Below, piece by piece: positions 1-8,225 of a stretch of DNA of 39,902 bases; position 1 is the first letter of the stretch, and each line of letters begins with the position of its first letter. The DNA is taken from contig URUQ01000002.1 in NCBI GenBank assembly GCA_900551145.1, forward strand, positions 1-39,902, given 5' to 3'. A model generated the notes under the pieces. That model was not told the origin of the DNA, did not search any database, and was given only the letters and a program-made list of their open reading frames with translations. Source of the DNA: an uncultured Eubacteriales bacterium (GTDB lineage: Bacteria > Bacillota > Clostridia > Christensenellales > CAG-917). The position numbers were made by a program, and so were the translations under genes.

Positions 1-46
1 AGATAGGAGTCCGTCTCGTGGGCTCGGAGATGTGTATAAGAGACAG
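1..46. other. Illumina Nextera adapter remnant (P7 side: end of P7 arm + 8-nt index + transposase read-2 adapter/mosaic end)
   Basis: nt 1-4 are AGAT, the end of ...CGAGAT. nt 5-12 are AGGAGTCC, in the index slot. nt 13-46 match GTCTCGTGGGCTCGGAGATGTGTATAAGAGACAG exactly. Confidence 0.95.
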
Positions 47-54
47 GTATATAT

Positions 55-3000
55 ATGAAAAGGAAACTAATCAGCATCTGCCTGATGATTGCGCTCATAT
101 CGCTGTCGGTGTTCACACTGGTGGCGTGCGGTGCAAACGCAGGCAACGTATCCGACGGTAATACGGAAGTTGCGACCTATCAAAACTTGCGCGTTTTCAA
201 CACCGGGTTGAAACTCACGCAAGAGGAACTTCTCGATCGCATCAAAGCCGATTACCTCAAAGAGAACAAAGGCTATCTCGATACGGACGAAATAGTCGTT
301 ATGGTTTCGCTCGAAGGCAAATCCCTCATCGACGACTATATCGACGAATATTCGGACGATTACTCAAGCGTTGCCGAGTACGCCGCGAGCGAGGTGGGCT
401 CCAACAAGCGCATCTACTTGCAAGCACAACAAGAGGACGCCATAAGACGCCTTACGCAAAACGGCTTGATCGAGAACGTCAAGTGCAGTTACGACACGGT
501 TATGAACGGGTTTGCCGCAACTATCAAGTACGGCAATTTGCGCGCGCTTGAAAATTCAAGCGGTGTTACGAGCGTCATAATCAGCGACACCTACAATCGT
601 CCGCAATCCACTTCTTCGACGGGTGCGTCTTCTATCACCAACCTCGTCGACGTGTACGAAACGGGTATTTTCAACTCGTCCAGCGTGCCTTATACGGGCA
701 AAAATACGTCGGTTGCTATACTCGACAGCGGTTTCGATTGCACTCACACGGTGTTCCAAAGAAATCTTGACCCAAACGAAGTGTCTTTCTCCAAAGAGGA
801 CATTAAGAGCGTTTTGGCACAAACCAACGCTGCAAAATACACTTCCGATATCGACGTAGACAAGGTTTACGTATCCGGCAAAATTCCGTTTGCGTACGAC
901 TATGCGGACAAGGATATCAACGTTTTCCCGTACGACTCCGAGCACGGCACGCACGTTGCGGGCATTATCGGCGGTAAAGACGACGTTATCACGGGCGTTG
1001 CGGTGGATACGCAACTTGTGCTTATGAAGGTTTTCCCCGATTTGAGCACGGGCGGTAAGACGGAAGACATCTTGCTTGCTTTGGAAGACGCGGTTTTGCT
1101 CAACGTCGACTGCATCAATATGTCGCTCGGCTCTTCTTGCGGTTTTTCCAGAGAAGTCGACGAATTGAACGTAAACAGAATTTACGACAAGCTCAACGAA
1201 AGCGGTATCAGCGTTCTTACGGCGGCGAGCAACAGTTACAGCACGGGCTTCGGCGGTGAACAAGGCAACACCAATATGGTCACCAATCCCGACTCGGGCA
1301 CGGTAGGTTCTCCCTCAACGTACGAAGCATGTCTCTCCGTTGCGTCTATCAGCGGAACGAAGAGCAAATATATGGTCGGCAACGGCACGGACGTCATCTT
1401 CTTCAAAGAGTCCAATTCTATCACGGGTGAAGAAAACGACTTCTTCAAAGAACTCGGCGTAACCGAAGGCGCTGCGAGAGAGTACGAATACGTTACAATC
1501 CCCGGCACCGGCGGAAAGACGAGCTACGCGGGTCTTGACGTAAAAGGCAAAATCGCTCTTGTAAGACGTGGCGACAACACCTTTGAAGAAAAAGCGCGTT
1601 ACGCAAAATCCGCGGGCGCGATTGCGTGTATCATTTACAACAACATCGACGGCGATATCGCTATGTCGATGGGCAAGAGCGACCATATTCCCACGATATC
1701 GATATCCAAGGACAACGGCTACAAACTTGCCAAAAAGAAGAGCGGAACGCTTACAATTGCGTATAGCAACCAAGCAGGTCCGTTTATGTCAGACTTTTCA
1801 AGCTGGGGTCCGACTCCGTCGCTTGAACTTAAACCCGAAATCACCGCACACGGCGGAAACATCAAGTCCGCAGTGCCCGGCAACAAATACGACGAGTTGA
1901 GCGGTACGTCCATGGCAACGCCCAACCTTTGCGGTATCGTGGTGCTTATAAGACAATACCTCAAAGAGAAGTATCCTCAAAAGAGCTGGAAAGAAATCTC
2001 CGTTCTCACCAACCAAATGTTGATGTCCACGGCAACGATTGCTCTCAACGAAGAAGGCAATCCGTATTCTCCTCGCAAGCAAGGCGCGGGGCTTGCCAGC
2101 CTCAAAAACCTCGTTGCGACAAGAGCGTATCTCACCGTTGACGCACAAGACGAGGATGGTAACGCGTATACCAAAGACCGCACCAAGATCGAACTCTTTG
2201 ACGATCCTCAAAGAACGGGCTTGTACGAGATGTCTTTCAACGTCGTCAATATCTCAAACGACGTGTTGACGTATGATTTGTCACTCGTGGGTATGACGGA
2301 AAGCGTGTCTACATCCGATGAAAAGCACGTTGCGGAAACTCCTCAAATTCTCGAAGGCGTAAAGAACTTCGAAATCGTGGAGGGCGGAACGCTTGACGGC
2401 AACAAACTCACCGTAGGTGCGGGCGCAACGGCAAAAGTGAAGGTGACGTACACTCTCACGAATCAAGAAAAGAAACTTATCGAAAAACTCTTCCCGTACG
2501 GTATGTACGTCGAAGGATTTATAAAACTCAAACAAACGGGGGACGAAACGGAAGATGCAAAGAATATCGACCTCAACGTGCCTTTCCTCGCTTTCTATGG
2601 CGATTGGACGGAAGCCCCGATGTTTGATAAAACCTACTACGAAGTAGAATCCGAAGCACACGACAAGGCAATCGACGACGAGGACAAACTCAAAGCCGAT
2701 TACTATGCGACGACGCCTTACGGTTCGTATTTCTACAACTACATTATTCCTCTCGGAACGTATTTGTACGACGTCGATACCGATAAGTACGACGAAATCC
2801 CCGCAACGCAGGAACATATCGCAGTGTCCAATATTCTCGGCACGATAGACGGTATCTCGGTGGTATATGCGGGCCTTTTGAGAGGCGCAAAGACGATGAC
2901 GTTTACCATAAAAGACAAAGCCACGGGCGAGGTCATTTGGGAACACGTCGACTACAACGCAACCAAGTCATATTCCCACGGCGGAAGTCCGTTGCCTTAT

Positions 3001-6000
3001 TACGAGCAACTCAAGTTCAAGTCTTTGGCAAACGGTCTCGTGAACAACGCCGAGTATACCTTTGAGATGAAAGGCGAGCTTGACTACGGTGACGGCGGTG
3101 CCGCAAAGAACGTCAGAAACAGTTTCGGCTTCGACTTCACGGCAGACGACGAAGCTCCCGTTATCAAGAGCGTTACGTACGAAAAGAAGTACGACCGTAC
3201 TCTCAAAAAGGACAGATACTATATCAATATGGTTGTCTACGACAATCAATACGTGCAATCGATAACTCCGATTATCTTCACGTCGAGCAGTAGTTATTCC
3301 TTCCTTACGAAGAATCCTATCCCCGTTTACAGCGAAAAGGGAAAGGACAACACAATAAGATTTGAAATAACCGACTACCTCAAAGATATCGGCAACGACG
3401 CGTTGATTACGAGTGCGCTTGCGTTCTCTATCGACGACTATGCGCTCAACTCCAACATCTTCCTTTGCCAACTCCCGGGCACGAAGGGTGACTTCAAGTT
3501 CACCAAAGACGGCACGATGGACGGTGCGGACCTCATCATTTTGTCCGCTTACGAAGACGAAGTTGTCGACCTTACGCAATATCTCGCAACGGGCGACGAC
3601 AGCGTTGACGAAGACAAAGACTATTTGAAATACTTGTCCTGGTCTTCTTCCAACGAAAACGTTCTCGAAGTCAAGAACGGTCTCGTCAAGTGCATTGCAG
3701 AGGGCAAAGCAACCGTAACGGTGAGAGAACAAATGGATCTCAACCAAGCGGTTATCATAATTAACGTCAAGAAGAGGGCGTCCTCCTCGGACGAAGAGGC
3801 GGCGGCTACGAGTGCGTCCGAGGTGTTTGCCTCGACGAGCGATATATCCCTGCAATCGGTTGCCGACGACTACAACAAAGCGACGCTTAAAGAGTTGAGG
3901 TTCTCATATTACGACACGTTGTTTGCGTACTCTCGCGCGGCGCAAACCAGCGAGATAGGCAAGACGGGGGACAGAAGATTCGTTGCTTCCGCTCCCGATA
4001 TCGGTATGTACCCCGGCGAGAAAGTCAGACTCAACTACGACGTAGAGCCGTGGTACGTGGCAGAGAAATACGAGTTCGAGTATTCCTCAAACGACACCAA
4101 TATCGCGCAAGTCAACGAAAAGGGTGAAGTGACCGCACTCAAAGAAGGCTCGGCAATCATTACGATAAAACCGAGGAACTCTTACATTCAGGCGTCGGTT
4201 ACCATAAGAGTCAAGAACGAATTCGTCATCGAAAATCGTGAACTCGTTGCGTATAAGGGGCTTGGCGGAAACGTAGTTATCCCCGACGACGAAGGCATTT
4301 TGTACATAGGCGCGTTTGCGTTCTGCTTGTACGAAACGGACAACTCCGTGGAACTTGAAGAGGACGATTACGACTCCAACAAAATCCCCGCTTCCAACAC
4401 GAGCGTTACGAGCGTGGTTATCCCCAAGGGCGTTGAGGAAATCAAGAAATACGCCTTCTACAACTGCACGGGACTTAAATCGGTGACGATACCCGATTCG
4501 GTCAAATTTATACGTGAATTTGCATTCTACGGCGATAAGAAACTCAAAACCGTCAACATCGTCAAAGAGGACGGCATGATGGTTGAGGGCAACGACCTCA
4601 CCCAAAGCAAGGTGGAAGTTATCGGCGCGTCCGCGTTCAAGAACTGCAAAGCACTTGCAAATATCAATCTCGCAAGCGTTTTGAGTATAGGCGCAAACGC
4701 ATTCGAGTACTGCACGTCTCTTGCGAGCGCAAACCTCACGGCGTTGCGCAATACGGGCAAAGAAGCGTTTAAGGACTGCACGTCTCTTACGAGCGTGGTG
4801 CTTGACAAGTCGACGCAACTTTCTTATGCGATGTTTGCAAAGTCGGGACTTACAAGCGTGGATATCTACAATCAACGCACGTTTATCCCCGAATATTGCT
4901 TCGCAAGATGCGATAATCTTGAAAGTGTAACCATTCACAACGACTTGTTGTCGATAGGCAAGGGGGCGTTTAGCGATTGTCCCGCTCTTACGAGCGTTGA
5001 TATTAGAAGCAGTATCGGAGTTATCGGAGAGCAAGCGTTCTACAACTCCTCGGCACTCGAAAATATAACGCTTCCGGATTGCGAAGTGCAAATCGACGCT
5101 TACGCATTCTACAAGTGCTACGCGCTCACAAAAGTGACGTTTGGCGCAAATACTAAAATCAAACAAATCGAAGGCTTCGTGTTCAAAGACACCGCACTTT
5201 CAACTTTCGTAGTGTCTCCGGACAATACGAACTACTCGGCGGAAAATGAAGGCAACTATTTGCTCTCCAAAGACGGAAGTACGATTATCTTGGCTGCCGT
5301 TGGCGCAGAATACGGAGATTTGGTTATAAACGCAAAATACACGGCTATTGCAAACAGTGCTTTTGCCGGCGCGAAAGTGAATACCGTAACGTTTGAAAGC
5401 AAAGACACCTCAATCGGTGATTTCGCATTCGCCGGTTGCGATACGCTCACAAAAGTCACGTTTGCTCCCGAAACGGGCACAACGGTAGGCAAGAGAGCGT
5501 TTGCGGCGTGCTCCTCTATTAAGGAAGCGGTCAACCTTGACAAGGTGACGAGCATCGGAGAATACGCATTCGCAAACACCGCTATTGCATCGGTATCTAT
5601 CGGCGAAAACACGATAGTGGGTGAGGGTGCGTTCCTCAATTCGAACGTGGAAACGGTTACGCTCGGCGCAAACGTTACGCTCAACCTCGGCGTGTTCCAA
5701 AACTGCAAACTCCTCGGCGTAGTGAATATGCCCGATGGCGGAAACGTCCATATAGGACAAGGCTGTTTTGCAAACGATACCAGACTTCACACCATTGACC
5801 TCTCCAAGACGGACGATACCATCGAAAGAGAAGCGTTCTACGGTTGCACCTCGCTTATGAAAGCAAATCTTGCAAACGTCAAGAACGTCGGCGATTACGC
5901 TTTTGCGGACTGTGCGGGACTTTCCGAAGTCCACGTGCCCGTCGTAGAGGTTATCGGAGATTGCGCATTCGGTCGTTACAGCAAATTCGGATCCGCTCCG

Positions 6001-7641
6001 TGCTTCACGACTATCGAATTGCCTTCGACGCTCAAAGAAATCGGAGAAATGGCGTTCCTTTACAACGCCAAACTCGGAAGTATCGTCATTCCGTCATCCG
6101 TGACAAAAGTCGGTGATTACGCGTTTGCGTACTGCACGTCTCTTGCCTCGGCACAACTTCCCGACAATATGACGACGATTGCGGACTATATGTTCGGCGG
6201 TTGCAAATCGCTTGCGACTGTCAACCTCGAAAACGTAACCGAGATAGGTCAATATGCGTTTACGCTTGCTCCTTTGTCGAGCGTGGATATCGCAAACGTG
6301 GTGTCTGTCGGTGAAGGTGCGTTTGCTCAAACCGGTCTCACGAGAACGGTCAACGCGGACAAACTCGAAAGCATCGGCAACTACGCGTTCCAAGCAACCA
6401 ACATCATTGCTTTCAATGCTCCGAAGCTCAAAACCATCGGCAATTCCGCATTTGAAAAATCCGCAATGCTCGCATCGTTCACGTTCTCGTCCGATCTCGA
6501 AAGTGTGGGCAAGGGCGCGTTCTACGGATGCACGTCGTTGAGAAGCTTCGGTCGCTATACGAGCGGTCAAAACGTGACTTCCGCAGACGGTAAGATAAAC
6601 GATTACGCGCTCTTGAACGGCGGTGCGCTCTACGTGAAACTCGCGTCCGATAAATACGAACTCAAAGCGGTTCCCGGTGGCGCGTATAAGAGAGAACTCG
6701 TGGTTATGGACGGTACGGTGCGCATTGACGATTATGCGGGCAACGCAAACGTCAACGTCACTTCAATCGTGCTTCCCGACGGTCTCAAACGCATCGGTCA
6801 ATACGCGTTCTACGGATATACCTCACTTAAAAGCGTTGAATTCAAATCCGTCGTAGCTCCCGCAATGGAAAACTGCTACAACAAGGACGCAAAACTCACG
6901 TCAAACGACCCCGGATACGAATTGCTACACGATCAATTCGATATCTTCCAATACGAACTTGCGTATTTCAACTTCATCGACTTGCTCGGAAAGAAAAATC
7001 CGATTTCTATGATTTTGCCTTCCAACGCAAAGGTTGAAGGATACGACTCGCTCGTATACCTCGTGTACTTCGGCAAGGCGGAAGACGCTCTCAGAAGCGA
7101 CTACGAGGCAATGGAAAAGAGTTTGGTCGAGTTCTACGATTATGCAAAACAAGTGGCTGCGCTTCAAAACGTAACCCTCGTAAACGAACAACTCGTAAGC
7201 AACGCGCTTACGGTGTACAACTCCGTAACGCAAGACCCGACGAAATACGGCTACGACAAGGCAGAGTGGGACGGACTCGTCAAAGCGGTTCAAGACGCAA
7301 AGACGACGATTAGAAATCTCAAATTTGCCAACGCAAGCGAAAAGGTCAAAGCGGTTCAAGCACTCATCGACGCATTGCCCGACACGTTCAGTGTGGGAGC
7401 AATCGATGCGGTCAAGAACGTTATCGAGCAAATGGATGCGTTGCAAGCGAGCGACAGAGCAATCCTCGATACGACCAAACTCGACGCGTTCAAAGCGTCG
7501 TACAACGAGTATCGCAACACGATAACCGAGCAAGTTACGCCTCTCAAAGACGCAACTGACAATATCGGCTTTGCAATCGTGCTTACGTCCGCGCTCGCTC
7601 TTGCGGGACTGGCGTTTGTTATCAAACGCACGATTATATAA
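55..7641 (+). CDS. Giant surface lipoprotein: propeptide-like region + S8 subtilase with PA-domain insert + Fn3-like + Big_2-like domains + ~2.6 kb of BspA-type leucine-rich repeats + helical region + C-terminal TM helix
   Basis: Uninterrupted 2528-codon ORF. Signal peptide with lipobox L22-V-A-C25. Subtilase triad motifs are ILDSGFD (Asp codon 724-726), HGTHVAG (His codon 943-945) and SGTSMATP (Ser codon 1909-1911). A PA-like block ALVRRGDNTFEEKARYAKSAGAIACIIYNN lies between His and Ser. Big_2-like strings are VKCIAEGKATVTVRE and VTALKEGSAIITIKP. Dozens of degenerate ~23-aa units of the form IGxxAFxxCxxLxSVxIP span about nt 4240-6840. The C-terminus is FAIVLTSALALAGLAFVIKRTII. The ATG is only 8 nt from the adapter junction, so no upstream signals are visible. 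Confidence 0.9.
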   Translation: MKRKLISICLMIALISLSVFTLVACGANAGNVSDGNTEVATYQNLRVFNTGLKLTQEELLDRIKADYLKENKGYLDTDEIVVMVSLEGKSLIDDYIDEYSDDYSSVAEYAASEVGSNKRIYLQAQQEDAIRRLTQNGLIENVKCSYDTVMNGFAATIKYGNLRALENSSGVTSVIISDTYNRPQSTSSTGASSITNLVDVYETGIFNSSSVPYTGKNTSVAILDSGFDCTHTVFQRNLDPNEVSFSKEDIKSVLAQTNAAKYTSDIDVDKVYVSGKIPFAYDYADKDINVFPYDSEHGTHVAGIIGGKDDVITGVAVDTQLVLMKVFPDLSTGGKTEDILLALEDAVLLNVDCINMSLGSSCGFSREVDELNVNRIYDKLNESGISVLTAASNSYSTGFGGEQGNTNMVTNPDSGTVGSPSTYEACLSVASISGTKSKYMVGNGTDVIFFKESNSITGEENDFFKELGVTEGAAREYEYVTIPGTGGKTSYAGLDVKGKIALVRRGDNTFEEKARYAKSAGAIACIIYNNIDGDIAMSMGKSDHIPTISISKDNGYKLAKKKSGTLTIAYSNQAGPFMSDFSSWGPTPSLELKPEITAHGGNIKSAVPGNKYDELSGTSMATPNLCGIVVLIRQYLKEKYPQKSWKEISVLTNQMLMSTATIALNEEGNPYSPRKQGAGLASLKNLVATRAYLTVDAQDEDGNAYTKDRTKIELFDDPQRTGLYEMSFNVVNISNDVLTYDLSLVGMTESVSTSDEKHVAETPQILEGVKNFEIVEGGTLDGNKLTVGAGATAKVKVTYTLTNQEKKLIEKLFPYGMYVEGFIKLKQTGDETEDAKNIDLNVPFLAFYGDWTEAPMFDKTYYEVESEAHDKAIDDEDKLKADYYATTPYGSYFYNYIIPLGTYLYDVDTDKYDEIPATQEHIAVSNILGTIDGISVVYAGLLRGAKTMTFTIKDKATGEVIWEHVDYNATKSYSHGGSPLPYYEQLKFKSLANGLVNNAEYTFEMKGELDYGDGGAAKNVRNSFGFDFTADDEAPVIKSVTYEKKYDRTLKKDRYYINMVVYDNQYVQSITPIIFTSSSSYSFLTKNPIPVYSEKGKDNTIRFEITDYLKDIGNDALITSALAFSIDDYALNSNIFLCQLPGTKGDFKFTKDGTMDGADLIILSAYEDEVVDLTQYLATGDDSVDEDKDYLKYLSWSSSNENVLEVKNGLVKCIAEGKATVTVREQMDLNQAVIIINVKKRASSSDEEAAATSASEVFASTSDISLQSVADDYNKATLKELRFSYYDTLFAYSRAAQTSEIGKTGDRRFVASAPDIGMYPGEKVRLNYDVEPWYVAEKYEFEYSSNDTNIAQVNEKGEVTALKEGSAIITIKPRNSYIQASVTIRVKNEFVIENRELVAYKGLGGNVVIPDDEGILYIGAFAFCLYETDNSVELEEDDYDSNKIPASNTSVTSVVIPKGVEEIKKYAFYNCTGLKSVTIPDSVKFIREFAFYGDKKLKTVNIVKEDGMMVEGNDLTQSKVEVIGASAFKNCKALANINLASVLSIGANAFEYCTSLASANLTALRNTGKEAFKDCTSLTSVVLDKSTQLSYAMFAKSGLTSVDIYNQRTFIPEYCFARCDNLESVTIHNDLLSIGKGAFSDCPALTSVDIRSSIGVIGEQAFYNSSALENITLPDCEVQIDAYAFYKCYALTKVTFGANTKIKQIEGFVFKDTALSTFVVSPDNTNYSAENEGNYLLSKDGSTIILAAVGAEYGDLVINAKYTAIANSAFAGAKVNTVTFESKDTSIGDFAFAGCDTLTKVTFAPETGTTVGKRAFAACSSIKEAVNLDKVTSIGEYAFANTAIASVSIGENTIVGEGAFLNSNVETVTLGANVTLNLGVFQNCKLLGVVNMPDGGNVHIGQGCFANDTRLHTIDLSKTDDTIEREAFYGCTSLMKANLANVKNVGDYAFADCAGLSEVHVPVVEVIGDCAFGRYSKFGSAPCFTTIELPSTLKEIGEMAFLYNAKLGSIVIPSSVTKVGDYAFAYCTSLASAQLPDNMTTIADYMFGGCKSLATVNLENVTEIGQYAFTLAPLSSVDIANVVSVGEGAFAQTGLTRTVNADKLESIGNYAFQATNIIAFNAPKLKTIGNSAFEKSAMLASFTFSSDLESVGKGAFYGCTSLRSFGRYTSGQNVTSADGKINDYALLNGGALYVKLASDKYELKAVPGGAYKRELVVMDGTVRIDDYAGNANVNVTSIVLPDGLKRIGQYAFYGYTSLKSVEFKSVVAPAMENCYNKDAKLTSNDPGYELLHDQFDIFQYELAYFNFIDLLGKKNPISMILPSNAKVEGYDSLVYLVYFGKAEDALRSDYEAMEKSLVEFYDYAKQVAALQNVTLVNEQLVSNALTVYNSVTQDPTKYGYDKAEWDGLVKAVQDAKTTIRNLKFANASEKVKAVQALIDALPDTFSVGAIDAVKNVIEQMDALQASDRAILDTTKLDAFKASYNEYRNTITEQVTPLKDATDNIGFAIVLTSALALAGLAFVIKRTII

Positions 7642-7656
7642 TAGGAGGATGAAAAG

Positions 7657-8211
7657 ATGAAAAAGACCAAGTTTGTATTGTTGACGTCGGTAATCCTCGT
7701 CCTCGTATTCGCACTCTGCGCTTGCGATTTTGTGATAAAAGATTTCGCAAAGTACAGTGAGGCAATGACAAAATCTATGGACAGCGTGACTTCGGTGGGT
7801 TCGCATATCACCATGCAAGACCAAGGCGTGCTCGTCTACGAGTATCAAAGAAATATGGCAATTGACGGCAATAACGCCACTATTACGACGGTTGAAAAGA
7901 CGCTCAACTCGAGCTTCCAACTTGCCGAAACCAGCAACACCGAGCAAAAATCGGGCGTTGACAGAGCGCAATTGTTGCCGATATCACTTTCCCAATACAG
8001 TGCAAAGGACTTGAAGATGGAATCGGATAAGTTGTCTTGCACCGTAAGCGCGGAAGACTTTGCAAGCGTTATGAAACTCGGCTCTTACGAGATTGGCGGA
8101 AACGCAAATATCACGTGCGAGTTCGAGAAAAAGACGCTTACGAAAATTACTTGTGAATTCGATACGAAAGACGGAAAGCACGTCCAAATCGTACATGAAT
8201 TCAACTATTGA
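7657..8211 (+). CDS. Small lipoprotein, unknown function (184 aa)
   Basis: ATG is preceded by TAGGAGGA, 15 nt after the upstream stop. Signal peptide MKKTKFVLLTSVILVLVFALCAC with lipobox LCAC. No recognisable catalytic motif. Confidence 0.7.
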   Translation: MKKTKFVLLTSVILVLVFALCACDFVIKDFAKYSEAMTKSMDSVTSVGSHITMQDQGVLVYEYQRNMAIDGNNATITTVEKTLNSSFQLAETSNTEQKSGVDRAQLLPISLSQYSAKDLKMESDKLSCTVSAEDFASVMKLGSYEIGGNANITCEFEKKTLTKITCEFDTKDGKHVQIVHEFNY

Positions 8212-8225
8212 GAAGGAGAGTGCGT

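Noticed and set aside
7570-7641. C-terminal hydrophobic segment plus KR tail of the S8-LRR protein considered as a sortase (LPxTG) sorting signal.
   Set aside because: No LPxTG-like or related pentapeptide precedes the helix; the sequence reads ...PLKDATDNIGFAIVL... It is treated as a plain C-terminal membrane anchor.
8208-8225. Upstream-extended start codons given in the ORF track (8208, 10647, 26079, 27931, 34373, 35767, 39226).
   Set aside because: These begin at non-ATG or poorly placed codons that lie upstream of, or overlap, the SD or promoter elements. In every case an in-frame ATG 5-10 nt downstream of a GGAGG-like SD gives a canonical N-terminus, either a signal peptide or a conserved enzyme start. 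The revised starts are 8226, 10680, 26094, 27961, 34430, 35782 and 39259.
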